In this document: piece after piece, positions 1 through 7,829 of the stretch | Numbering within the stretch: the stretch's first letter is position 1 | Layout of the letters: the number at the start of each line of letters is the position of its first letter | Source: a virus | Strand: one strand, 5' to 3' | DNA: 64,000 nt | IMG/VR virus record: IMGVR_UViG_3300046837_000274 | Notes under the pieces: model-generated | Seen by the model: only the letters and a program-made list of their open reading frames with translations | Told to the model about the DNA's origin: nothing | Databases searched by the model: none | Made by a program: the position numbers and the translations under genes

Positions 1-162
1 CCCCTGCGGTTTCACACCGCGCGTCTCGCCGTAGCCGATGACCGCCTGGGTAAACTCATCGAGCGTGGCGCTCCAGAACTGATCCGGGCTCCACCGAAGC
101 CACCCGAGCCCTTGCTGTAGCAGCCGAAGGTAGGGCAGCGGCTTCGGCTCAGTCAGTTTCCC
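1..162 (-). CDS. tail assembly chaperone -1 frameshift extension (T part of a G/GT-type pair), partial: open to window start
   Basis: The frame -1 relative to 153..512 has no stop from the slippery site to base 1. It reads GKLTEPKPLPYLRLLQQGLGWLRWSPDQFWSATLDEFTQAVIGYGETRGVKPQG. It sits where phages place the frameshifted chaperone, just before the tape measure. Confidence 0.5.
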
Positions 163-512
163 GCGTCGCCCTCGGCATTCTCTTCTTCGGGCTTCTCCGG
201 GGTGTCCACCGTCACGCCGTTGACGAGGAAGTTGACGATGCTTCCGCCGATGCCAGCCGATCCCTCTTCGAAGATCAGTTCCGGGATATCGGCCTCGCGC
301 GGCGCGTGCGGCACACCGCGCAGCATGACGGCGACGATCTGCGCCAGTTCAAGTTGGGTCGCTTCTCCGGCCCCAACGCGGCGCAGCAGCGGCAGGGCGG
401 GACCGAACCGGCTCTCGATCCTCCCCATCTTGTCGAGTGACGGGCGGCAGGCATAGGTGTGCCCGTTGAGCTTAAGCTCAGTTTCCTTGCGGAATTTGTT
501 AGGCGTTGCCAT
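153..512 (-). CDS. phage tail assembly chaperone (GTA g10-like)
   Basis: 119 aa directly after the major tail gene. 'ELKLNGHTYACRPSLDKMGRIESRFGP...LELAQIVAVMLRG' resembles GTA/phage tail chaperones. Acidic C-tail, and a slippery heptamer at its last two codons. Confidence 0.7.
   Translation of the reverse strand: MATPNKFRKETELKLNGHTYACRPSLDKMGRIESRFGPALPLLRRVGAGEATQLELAQIVAVMLRGVPHAPREADIPELIFEEGSAGIGGSIVNFLVNGVTVDTPEKPEEENAEGDAGN
156..162 (-). other. candidate -1 programmed ribosomal frameshift site (slippery heptamer G_GGA_AAC)
   Basis: Minus strand reads GCG GGA AAC TGA. The heptamer is in X_XXY_YYZ phase as the last two sense codons of 153..512. The -1 frame stays open for all 52 remaining codons to base 1. 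Confidence 0.5.
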
Positions 513-521
513 CGATCACCC

Positions 522-977
522 TTAGCCCGGCGTGTAGACAATCTGCCCTGACGACACCAGCGCGGCGGTGAAGGTCTGGGCCTGATTGTAGATGCCGTTG
601 ATAGTGAAAGTTGAGATGGCAAAGAAGCCGGTGAAGATGCCCGCGCCGCTGTAGTTGATGCGATAAGCGAGCAGTGTGCGATCCCGCGCTGACGTCTCCA
701 AGATGATCTGCATCGCGTCGTTGGTGATGATGCCGTCCAGCGCGACTTGCAGTTCCTTGTTCCCGGCGTCCGGCATGAATTCGGTGTAGCCCTGCGACAG
801 CGCGTTGCTGACATCCACCGGGTTGTTATTGTAGGTGACGTTCGTGGTGCGGCAGCCCCCGACCAGCGTGTAGGTCGAGCCGCCGTCAGCCGAAACTTTC
901 AAAAGCGCATCGCGCCCCCGGTAGGCGGTGGTGAAGGTGGCGGGAGTCGTCGGAGCAGCCATTGTTTTTGTCCCCAA
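522..977 (-). CDS. major tail protein (TP901-1 / GTA g9-like family)
   Basis: 151 aa lying between the tail-terminator region and the chaperone. 'ALLKVSADGGSTYTLVGGCRTTNVTYNNNPVDVS' and 'FFAISTFTINGIYNQAQTFTAAL' are typical of this family. Confidence 0.8.
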   Translation of the reverse strand: MGTKTMAAPTTPATFTTAYRGRDALLKVSADGGSTYTLVGGCRTTNVTYNNNPVDVSNALSQGYTEFMPDAGNKELQVALDGIITNDAMQIILETSARDRTLLAYRINYSGAGIFTGFFAISTFTINGIYNQAQTFTAALVSSGQIVYTPG

Positions 978-1010
978 CTAAGAGAAGAGCGCGACGCCGC
1001 ACGCTCGCGG

Positions 1011-1865
1011 TTACGTCCAGTGCTCGTTAAGCCACGCGCCGCCGACATCCGGCTGCTTCGGGTCCCCATACCACATCTCGATTTTTGTTTCCGCAGGGGG
1101 TTTGTTGCCCCGCAGGCCCGGTGGCATCCAGATCACTTCGTGCGGGCGAATCGATTGCATCCAGCGCCACTGGATCCGCTTCGCCGTCAGCACGTCCTGA
1201 AGCAGACCTTGGTCCCCGTGGTAGGGGCCGTTGCCGCTGTCATATCGCGCGATGATGTCGGCAGAGTCCCCGACCATCGCTTCCCAGACACAGGACAGAT
1301 CGACGCGCGTGAACAGGAGCGACGAGTTGACCCAGTTGCGCATCATGTCCCAGGCGATCGCTAGCGGCGCGTCGATGTTCGCCAACCCGTCGATGTTGCC
1401 GCTGATCACCGTGTCGAGGTCGAGATAGAGCAGCGGCCCCTTGAACAGGCCGGGCCGATGAATCTCGATCTTCGACCAGTAGCCCGGCCAGTTCTTCTCC
1501 AGAAAAATGACGTCGATGTCGGCAGTGACCTTGCGCTTTGCATCCGTCAGGCAGACGAAGCGATGCGGCACCGTCAGGTGGCGCTTCACTGCTCGCGCCA
1601 GCTTGCCCACGTAGTCGGCGTGGTCATACTTGCCGCCGCTTTTGTAGACGCATGCCACCGTCAGCATGTCATTGCCGAGCGAGGGAGGGACAAACGGCTC
1701 GGCGAACACAGGCTCTTCCGGGTCTTTCGCTACAATCGCCGTTCCCTCGGATATGAACTTCGCAGCCCAATCGATGGGCAAATCGACGAAGCTTCCCTTG
1801 ACGTAATAGAACGCGCGGCGGTTGGGCATGATCCACGAACAGAGCGCAGTCGCCTCGACCCACAT
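1011..1865 (-). CDS. GT-A-fold glycosyltransferase-like protein (DXD type)
   Basis: 284 aa. 'FVCLTDAK', 'WSKIEIHRPGLFKGPLLYLDLDTVISGNIDGL' (DXD) and 'HGDQGLLQD' are nucleotide-sugar transferase-like. ATG lies one base after the DUF3168 gene stop. Confidence 0.55.
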   Translation of the reverse strand: MWVEATALCSWIMPNRRAFYYVKGSFVDLPIDWAAKFISEGTAIVAKDPEEPVFAEPFVPPSLGNDMLTVACVYKSGGKYDHADYVGKLARAVKRHLTVPHRFVCLTDAKRKVTADIDVIFLEKNWPGYWSKIEIHRPGLFKGPLLYLDLDTVISGNIDGLANIDAPLAIAWDMMRNWVNSSLLFTRVDLSCVWEAMVGDSADIIARYDSGNGPYHGDQGLLQDVLTAKRIQWRWMQSIRPHEVIWMPPGLRGNKPPAETKIEMWYGDPKQPDVGGAWLNEHWT

Positions 1866-1866
1866 G

Positions 1867-2274
1867 CTACGGCACCGTCACAGTTGCGTTGAAGCGAACA
1901 ATCCCATGCCGTGTCATCATGTCAACATCCAGCATCAGATCGGTGGTGGTATACATCATGTCGACGAGATTCATACCGTCGACCGGCAGCACCAGCGGTT
2001 GAAGGTCTAACCGCCTGCGCACTTCCGCCATCAGCGCTCGCGCTTCCGCGTAGCCATTGTAGCGGCTCCAGACGTGAATCTCGACCGTGATCTGCTCGCC
2101 ACGCACGACTGCATGCGACCAGTCGCGCTGCGTTCCTCCCGTGATTTCAATCTGGGGGTAGGCTGCGTTCTCAGGCACCCTGTCATAGACGCCAGCGCCG
2201 ATGGGCGGAACGGCAGTCAGCGCCTGCCAGACCGCCGTCTGCACCGCTGCTCCAGCATCCAGCGTCGCGCTCAC
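1867..2274 (-). CDS. DUF3168-type tail completion / tail terminator protein
   Basis: 135 aa. 'VYDRVPENAAYPQIEITGGTQRDWSH...ITVEIHVWSRYNGYAEARALMAEVRRRL' fits the DUF3168 pattern. Canonical position after the gp10-like gene; ATGA overlap upstream. Confidence 0.7.
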   Translation of the reverse strand: MSATLDAGAAVQTAVWQALTAVPPIGAGVYDRVPENAAYPQIEITGGTQRDWSHAVVRGEQITVEIHVWSRYNGYAEARALMAEVRRRLDLQPLVLPVDGMNLVDMMYTTTDLMLDVDMMTRHGIVRFNATVTVP

Positions 2275-2750
2275 CCGAGTCCTCGCGATGCCAGTTCCAG
2301 CGCGCCCTCGACCGCGTCCTTGTGCAGTTCGATGATCTCAGGCCCCTTCTCGATCAGCGCCGGGAAGATGAACGGCTGCGCTGGGGTCGCTGCGTGCGCG
2401 CGCAGGGGTTTGCCGGTCTTCTTGCTGATCCGCCCACCACCGGAGGTTCCCTTCGTGCCGAACTCGATCAGATGGGCGAAGCGCCCTCCAGCTTTCCACT
2501 GCCGTGGGAACACTTGGCTGGAGAAGCCCACTTGAGCCACCAGTCCGTTCTTGTCGAGTTTGAACCCGATAGCTTTCGCCAGCCTCCCAGTGCGCCTGGG
2601 AACGCGCGCCATCATCGCGTTGTAGAGTTCATTGCCGGACTGGTTGATGGTGTTCTTCAACTGCTGGGTGACGACCTCAGGCAGGCGGTTTAGAAGCGCG
2701 TTGAAACGCTTGTCCAACGTCGCGCGCGAGTGACCTTCTATCAGGCTCAT
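2271..2750 (-). CDS. HK97 gp10-family head-tail attachment protein
   Basis: 159 aa. 'VPRRTGRLAKAIGFKLDKNGLVAQVGF...HLIEFGTKG...AQPFIFPAL' matches the gp10-family pattern. ATGA overlap with the adaptor gene. Confidence 0.75.
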   Translation of the reverse strand: MSLIEGHSRATLDKRFNALLNRLPEVVTQQLKNTINQSGNELYNAMMARVPRRTGRLAKAIGFKLDKNGLVAQVGFSSQVFPRQWKAGGRFAHLIEFGTKGTSGGGRISKKTGKPLRAHAATPAQPFIFPALIEKGPEIIELHKDAVEGALELASRGLG

Positions 2751-3124
2751 ATCGCCACCCCGGCTTCGGCTTCGATGGCCATATACATTTCCAGGCTGGG
2801 CGGCAGATCAACCGAACGGACGTTGAACTGAAGCGAGGCCGGGATGTCCGCGCCGGTCATCGGATCGACGGGCCAGACGATGCGCTGCACTTCACTCAGG
2901 TCGGCGCGGCGGCGCACCACGAACTGGTAGGTAGCGACTGCCGCCAGCCCGCCGCCCTCGACCTGCTCGCCAGGGCCGCCAGGGATAGGCACCACTTGTG
3001 CCCAAATCGTGACGTATGGCTGCCACGTCACTGGCTGCCCGCCCATGCTGTCAGGCACGATCACCTGCTTGTCGATGCGGATTCGCTCGCGCAGCTTTCC
3101 GATCGTGGGGACGTTGAGCGCCAT
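2747..3124 (-). CDS. head-tail adaptor / head closure protein
   Basis: 125 aa. 'KLRERIRIDKQV...GGQPVTWQPYVTIWAQVVPIPGG...YQFVVRRRADL...FNVRSVD' is typical of the phage head-tail joining family. Confidence 0.75.
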   Translation of the reverse strand: MALNVPTIGKLRERIRIDKQVIVPDSMGGQPVTWQPYVTIWAQVVPIPGGPGEQVEGGGLAAVATYQFVVRRRADLSEVQRIVWPVDPMTGADIPASLQFNVRSVDLPPSLEMYMAIEAEAGVAI

Positions 3125-3519
3125 CAGTCTTTGATGTCGAGCACCAGCCCGACGCCCCTGCGGAAGGAGTCAAGCGCTGCTGGAAGCCCGCTCGCGTTCA
3201 GCGGAAAGTGCCCGTCTGCTGCATCGACGAGCGCCGCCACCAGCCCCGCGCAAAGCGCATCGAGCCAGATGCCCGGCTCGTCGCTGCGCTCCGTCTGCGA
3301 AGGACTCTGCTCGATCACGTTCCAACTGTTGAGAAAAAGCGTGTTGTCTGGCGCATCGCTTTGCTCGACGCCTGAGACGCGCATTCCATTGTCGAGCGCC
3401 AGCGTGGCGACCCCGGCGGGCGAGATAGCAGCGATTGCGCCGAAGTAGTCGTCTCCGCATTCTGAGCGATAGACGACGCGAGCACCGGCTGCTGGCTGTT
3501 GCTTTTTAGTTTCCGACAT
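3124..3519 (-). CDS. hypothetical protein
   Basis: 131-aa ORF in the late operon. It overlaps both neighbours by 1 and 14 nt. No recognisable motif. Confidence 0.45.
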   Translation of the reverse strand: MSETKKQQPAAGARVVYRSECGDDYFGAIAAISPAGVATLALDNGMRVSGVEQSDAPDNTLFLNSWNVIEQSPSQTERSDEPGIWLDALCAGLVAALVDAADGHFPLNASGLPAALDSFRRGVGLVLDIKD

Positions 3520-4138
3520 ACAGCCACCACCACCAGTTCACGACCGGATGCACCGGGCGGAACCACACGACGTCGGGGCCGATGTGATAGCCAGGATAGA
3601 GGTCGTCGACCGCCGCGCGCACGCCGCTCCAGTTGATGTCGTGCCCGAGCAGCCAGCCGTTCGCACGCACCTTCGGCAGCCACGCGATGATGTCGGCGCG
3701 GCACGCGCCCTCGCTGTGGTCAGCGTCGATGAACACGAAGTCCAGGCTTCCGTCAGGCACCTTCTCGGCGGCCTCGACGCTTAGCGTTTCGAACATCGCC
3801 CAGCGGTCTTTGAACGGAGCGAGATTAGCCTCCGCAAGTATGCGCAGCGCGTCATGGTCCCAGCACATAAAATCGTCCGGCCCGGCGTGGTCGAAGAACA
3901 CCCTCCGTGCATCGACCCCGATCATGTGCAGTTCTGGATGTTTGCCCAGCAGGTAGGACGATGTGCGACCTTCTGCGACGCCGATCTCGGCCCCCATCTT
4001 CCAGTCGAAGTGCTCGATCAGGAACGACAGGAAGTGCTTGCGCTCCCACCATGGCGGAACCGAGCGCGGCGGTATCGACTGCGGAACCAGAGGCGGGATG
4101 TCGAAGCCTGGAATGGGCTTCGGGAATTGCGTCTGCAT
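3506..4138 (-). CDS. class I SAM-dependent methyltransferase (Methyltransf_24 / O-MTase-like)
   Basis: 210 aa. Motif I 'GAEIGVAEGRTSSYL', then 'MIGVDA', 'LDFVFIDADHS' and 'NGWLLGHD'. Its ATG shares one base with the connector gene stop. Confidence 0.7.
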   Translation of the reverse strand: MQTQFPKPIPGFDIPPLVPQSIPPRSVPPWWERKHFLSFLIEHFDWKMGAEIGVAEGRTSSYLLGKHPELHMIGVDARRVFFDHAGPDDFMCWDHDALRILAEANLAPFKDRWAMFETLSVEAAEKVPDGSLDFVFIDADHSEGACRADIIAWLPKVRANGWLLGHDINWSGVRAAVDDLYPGYHIGPDVVWFRPVHPVVNWWWWLYVGN

Positions 4139-4827
4139 CAGAGCACCCGATACTTGTCGACGAGCGCATCGAAGCCGAGCGGCTTGATCGCAATCGGGCT
4201 GCGGTTCTCATAGTAGATGGCCAGCATCATCTTCACGGCGGTCACCAACGCGGAGGGCACCGGATCGGGGTCGTAACCGCACGTATAGTCGACCGTCACC
4301 ACGCCGTGCGCACCGTAGTAGGGAACCGGCCATGACAGCCCGAGCGCAGGCTCCAGGCGCGTCAGCACGCCGTCGTCGGTGGCGCGATACTCGTCCTCCG
4401 TCATCGTCTGCTCGATGCCGCTGGTGTCGACGTAGCGCAACGAGTCAATCGAGATGACCGGCGCGCGCAGCAGCACGAACGACGGGCGTCCCCCGCCGTG
4501 GCCGCGATCCCACAGGAACGACCCCTCGCCGGGATAGTAGCCGTAACCCCAGGCGTATCCGTAGCTGTATTGCGCGCCCATGGAGTGGCGCTGCGCAGTG
4601 CCTTCGAAGCTGTCGCGCACATCCGTCACTGAAGCGGTGACGAGCGTCAGGCCGGTTTCCTGCTCGACGAACTGGCGCGCGGCAGTGATCCACTCGACGA
4701 TCAGCCCGTCGTCTGGATGCGAAGGAGGACTTCCGCCGACGTCGAGACGAAGGTGCTGGCGCGCTTCGTCGAGCGTGACCGGCTCTTCGCCTACAGTGCG
4801 CGCGCGCGCTGTCTTCGTGACCAACAT
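4138..4827 (-). CDS. gp6-like head-tail connector protein
   Basis: Start reset to ATG 4827 ('MLVTKTARARTVGEEPVTLDEARQHLRLD...DDGLIVEWITAARQFVEQETG'). C-terminal 'VDYTCGYDPDPVPSALVTAVKMMLAIYYENR' is typical of this family. TGATG overlap with the upstream small ORF. Confidence 0.7.
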   Translation of the reverse strand: MLVTKTARARTVGEEPVTLDEARQHLRLDVGGSPPSHPDDGLIVEWITAARQFVEQETGLTLVTASVTDVRDSFEGTAQRHSMGAQYSYGYAWGYGYYPGEGSFLWDRGHGGGRPSFVLLRAPVISIDSLRYVDTSGIEQTMTEDEYRATDDGVLTRLEPALGLSWPVPYYGAHGVVTVDYTCGYDPDPVPSALVTAVKMMLAIYYENRSPIAIKPLGFDALVDKYRVL

Positions 4828-4988
4828 CACAAATATCCCGTCCCCAGCAGCACGAGCAGGATGATGATCAACAGGAAGCTGGTGCCACTCGGATAGTAGC
4901 CCCACTCGTAGTCTGCCATGCGTGGCGACGTCGGCAGTAACCCGAGCGCGACCAAGAGCAGGGCGAGGATGAGAATGCTTACCAGCAC
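4827..4988 (-). CDS. small two-TM membrane protein, DUF3309-like
   Basis: 53 aa from GTG 4988: VLVSILILALLLVALGLLPTSPRMADYEWGYYPSGTSFLLIIILLVLLGTGYL. The layout (TM, 'W.Y.PSG', TM) recalls DUF3309. Start codon uncertain. Confidence 0.4.
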   Translation of the reverse strand: MLVSILILALLLVALGLLPTSPRMADYEWGYYPSGTSFLLIIILLVLLGTGYL

Positions 4989-5716
4989 GGCGCGTCCTCC
5001 CGGTGAAACGCGAACGAGCCTATCCCCTCGCGTCCCGCCCTTGTCTCCGCATCGTTCGATTCGACCAGCGCCCAGCCGAGCCGTGCCATTAGGCGCGTCA
5101 GACCGGCTTCGGTGAAATACCAGTAATGCTCGTCCCGGCGATAGTGTTTCGAACGCAGCACGTGCGCCGAGCCTTCGAAGATCGGAACGCTGATGAAGAC
5201 GAACTGGCGCACGCGCGCGAGCAGCGACGGGAAGTCGGCGATGTGCTCGATGCTGTCCCAAAATGTGGCGGCATCTACGCCGTGCAGATACGGATCACGG
5301 AAGCAGTTGTGCTTGATCAGCCAGCGAACTGCGGCGGGGTTGATGTCGAAGCCCTTCGAATCGTCACCGATAGCCTCGATGAAGGATCCGCAGCCGATGC
5401 CGACATCGACGACCGCGCCCGGCCAGTGCCGCCGCACGAGCGAGACGCGCTGACGGTTCAAGAGCCTGCCGCGCGCCGTCTTTGCGTAGCCGACATATTT
5501 CGCGAAATAGGCTTCGTCATATACCAGTGTGATGTCGGGCACCGGATAGAAGCCAATGTCGAACTCGACGAACCATTGCAGGCTGTCTTCAGTGCGCAGC
5601 AGCCTGATCAGAGATTGATCGATCCACGCCACGCTTGCCACTGCTGCATCAGATCGGGAATATCCTTCCGGCACTGGTGATGTTGATCGCTGCAAAGGCA
5701 AAGCGTCTCCGGCCAT
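4979..5716 (-). CDS. class I SAM-dependent methyltransferase
   Basis: Motif I 'VVDVGIGCGSFIEAI', 'GFDINPAAV' and 'FWDSIEHIADFPSLL'. Start uncertain: GTG at 5641 or 5632 would shorten the 109-nt overlap with the upstream gene. Confidence 0.65.
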   Translation of the reverse strand: MAGDALPLQRSTSPVPEGYSRSDAAVASVAWIDQSLIRLLRTEDSLQWFVEFDIGFYPVPDITLVYDEAYFAKYVGYAKTARGRLLNRQRVSLVRRHWPGAVVDVGIGCGSFIEAIGDDSKGFDINPAAVRWLIKHNCFRDPYLHGVDAATFWDSIEHIADFPSLLARVRQFVFISVPIFEGSAHVLRSKHYRRDEHYWYFTEAGLTRLMARLGWALVESNDAETRAGREGIGSFAFHREDAPCW

Positions 5717-6483
5717 GCAAACCCCACTAACCTCGCGTCCATGCGCGGATCGATGATCTTGTCGGGAGCGTTAGCCCCGCCGTTTCCGCCGAGCACGATG
5801 AAGGCAGGAGTGTGCGCTGCTATGGCTGCTGGAACAATCCATCCGACGCCGCCCACCAGCAGCGCTGCATTCTGCACGGATGCAAGCAGTTGGCGCGTCG
5901 AGAGTTCGCCGTTTGTCAGCGCGTAGTTGTGCGGGGGCATCTCGCCCTCGATCCACTCTTCCCCCGCCGACAAGTCGCAGACGACCACCACCGCGTAGCC
6001 GCGCGCTTTCAAATCGCCCGAGATCTGCGCGACGTATTCCGGTCGAGGGTTGCGCGACGGGTTCGGCCAGTCCTTGCGCACGACGCACGGTCGTACGATC
6101 ACCAGCGGGGAGTCAGACGTGTCGAACGGGCAGGGGCCCATGTCCGGGAGGTCCCAGAGCGGTCGCGCGACCGGCTCCATCTGGTGCGCCATCGCTTGAT
6201 AGACGTTGCCCTGGGAGAACGCCTCCGCGCTGTAGTAGAGGGTGCGCGTCTCGGCGACCGCAGGGCGGGGCGACCAGCGTGAGGGAAGCTGGCGCTTCAT
6301 CTGCGCCGCCTGCACCCGCAGCGTCGTCGGAGGCTCGATGAACCTGACCGGGAGGTCCTCGTAGAGTTCAGGCCACGGCGTCTCGCAATAGACGTCACGC
6401 TTCAGCGCCTGATCGCGGATCACCGGGCGGATGTAGATCGCGTCTCCCAGCCCGTAGGGACAGCGCAGGACGAGCGGCGTCAA
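5608..6483 (-). CDS. GT-B glycosyltransferase, family 9 (heptosyltransferase)-like
   Basis: Start reset to TTG 6483 (TTGA overlap with the upstream stop). The first 114 aa of the track ORF are Arg/Ala junk. 'LRCPYGLGDAIYIRP' and 'STRQLLASVQNAALLVGGVGWIVPAAIAAHTPAFIVLGG' fit the GT9 pattern. Confidence 0.55.
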   Translation of the reverse strand: MTPLVLRCPYGLGDAIYIRPVIRDQALKRDVYCETPWPELYEDLPVRFIEPPTTLRVQAAQMKRQLPSRWSPRPAVAETRTLYYSAEAFSQGNVYQAMAHQMEPVARPLWDLPDMGPCPFDTSDSPLVIVRPCVVRKDWPNPSRNPRPEYVAQISGDLKARGYAVVVVCDLSAGEEWIEGEMPPHNYALTNGELSTRQLLASVQNAALLVGGVGWIVPAAIAAHTPAFIVLGGNGGANAPDKIIDPRMDARLVGFAWPETLCLCSDQHHQCRKDIPDLMQQWQAWRGSINL

Positions 6484-7310
6484 GCGGCCTGCTCGACCCC
6501 GCGCGACAGCAGCGCCTGCATGCGCAGCAGCCGGTCGCGCTCGCCGTGGAAGGAACGCACGACGGGCCGGTCGGACTCCATGTGCTTCTCGACCCAATTG
6601 AAGCGGTTCGGCAGGATCGTCAGCAGGTTGCGCCAACGCCGCTGATTCATCAGTTCGATGAGCGCTCCCTGGTCCTCCCATTTCATATGCGGCGGCATCG
6701 CTTGCCACGCGGCTACGAAGGCGCGCACCTCGTCGGAGGACGCCAGCCACACCACCCCCGTGTTGAGATGTCGCGGCGTCGTTGGGCTGTCCCAGCACTC
6801 GCAGAGGCCGACCCCCCACGTGCACGTGCTGAACAGGTCCACGCTCGCGTCAACGATGATGCTGTCGGCGTCGAGCCAGAGCACCTGTTCGAAGCCGCGA
6901 TCCAGCGCCCAGCCCATCATTTCGACTTTGCGCCAGTGCAGGGGGCGCACGACTTTCTTCGGGCGGTCCTCGCGCTGCGCGATGAACTCGACTCCCCAGG
7001 CGGCGCAGTAGCGCGCGTGCACGTCTGCCGTCAGATCGAGCATGCGCACGAAGTCAGCGCCCGCAGCGAGTTGCAGCAGCGCGCGCTTGCCAGCCCTTGG
7101 GCGCGGTCTGGGACGCGGTGGAGGCGACCCGTCAGCGGGCGCATCAGCCATCACCTTGATCCGTGTCCCGTCTCCTACCGCCGGGATAGCCAGCCCAGAC
7201 AGCTTCAGTTCCCGCGCCCTGTTTTCGGGTGCGAAAAACTCCATTCCCGGATAGACCTGACCTTCACGGTCCCAGTTGATCCAGGGCACGAGCGCAACCA
7301 TGCGGATCAT
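6480..7310 (-). CDS. GT-A glycosyltransferase-like protein (GT8/GT34-like, DXD)
   Basis: 276 aa. A ~50-aa N-domain and a Pro-rich linker ('PPPRPRPRPR') are followed by 'VLWLDADSIIVD', 'LNTGVVWLAS' and 'WEDQGALIEL'. ATGA overlap upstream. Confidence 0.6.
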   Translation of the reverse strand: MIRMVALVPWINWDREGQVYPGMEFFAPENRARELKLSGLAIPAVGDGTRIKVMADAPADGSPPPRPRPRPRAGKRALLQLAAGADFVRMLDLTADVHARYCAAWGVEFIAQREDRPKKVVRPLHWRKVEMMGWALDRGFEQVLWLDADSIIVDASVDLFSTCTWGVGLCECWDSPTTPRHLNTGVVWLASSDEVRAFVAAWQAMPPHMKWEDQGALIELMNQRRWRNLLTILPNRFNWVEKHMESDRPVVRSFHGERDRLLRMQALLSRGVEQAA

Positions 7311-7633
7311 TGTGGCGGCCTCGGATGGGGGCGCGGCTCCGGTGGCTTGGCGTATTCGTCCAGTATATCCCGGTCCTGCTGCTCGCGGTTCAACAGTCGC
7401 TCCACCACCGAGATCGGCACCTGTTGCAAGCAGGACGTAATGATCGGACCGAGGTTACGGTCGCGCCGATCGGCCTGCACGTTGAGGAACCAGAGCATGC
7501 CGACCACGTAGATCGAGTTCAACAGCACCAGAACCATGAACTGCGCTGGCAGGGTGTCGATCAGCTTCGACGCGGTTCGACTGACCGCCCCGACCGTGCC
7601 GGTGCCGTGCCCGTTCGGCGGCGGCTCAGCCAT
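7307..7633 (-). CDS. membrane protein, hypothetical (holin-like candidate)
   Basis: 108 aa with one strong TM ('FMVLVLLNSIYVVGMLWFL') and a charged, Pro-rich C-tail. Confidence 0.45.
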   Translation of the reverse strand: MAEPPPNGHGTGTVGAVSRTASKLIDTLPAQFMVLVLLNSIYVVGMLWFLNVQADRRDRNLGPIITSCLQQVPISVVERLLNREQQDRDILDEYAKPPEPRPHPRPPQ

Positions 7634-7829
7634 AATCCCGCACCACGGTCGCCTTCAGGCCCAGCCTCCGCAAGCTCTGCCTCAGTTTATCTTCCGAGCA
7701 GCCGAGGTAGTGGCGCAAGATTGGCGCTGCGACGACGACCCGCCGGCTCTCGCGTCCTATCAGCAGCCCGGCCACAAAGCGGTCGCAGACGACGCGAACC
7801 AATTTGCCGGTGCCGTAATCGTCAGCCAT
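7626..7829 (-). CDS. hypothetical protein
   Basis: About 67 aa from ATG 7829. Overlaps the upstream stop by 8 nt. Confidence 0.4.
   Translation of the reverse strand: MADDYGTGKLVRVVCDRFVAGLLIGRESRRVVVAAPILRHYLGCSEDKLRQSLRRLGLKATVVRDYG

Noticed and set aside
6484-6825. N-terminal extensions in the ORF track: the first 114 aa of 5608..6825, 222 aa of 24100..25890, 134 aa of 8519..9226, 65 aa of 8821..9612, and others.
   Set aside because: The extensions are Arg-rich junk overlapping the preceding gene. In each case an internal ATG/GTG/TTG forms an ATGA/GTGA/TTGA junction with the upstream stop, and the family-like sequence starts there.
6546-7511. 321-aa plus-strand ORF antisense to the glycosyltransferase gene. 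Similar long antisense or alternate-frame ORFs occur at 11391..12503, 22492..23958, 39258..40553, 62100..63101, 61101..61961 (plus strand) and 17766..19067, 31647..32552, 33227..34414, 34099..35067, 46718..47764 (minus strand).
   Set aside because: They are Arg/Ala/Gly/Pro-rich and low-complexity. They have no SD or coupling signals and lie opposite genes with clear family motifs. This is the typical stop-codon-poor shadow ORF of high-GC DNA.
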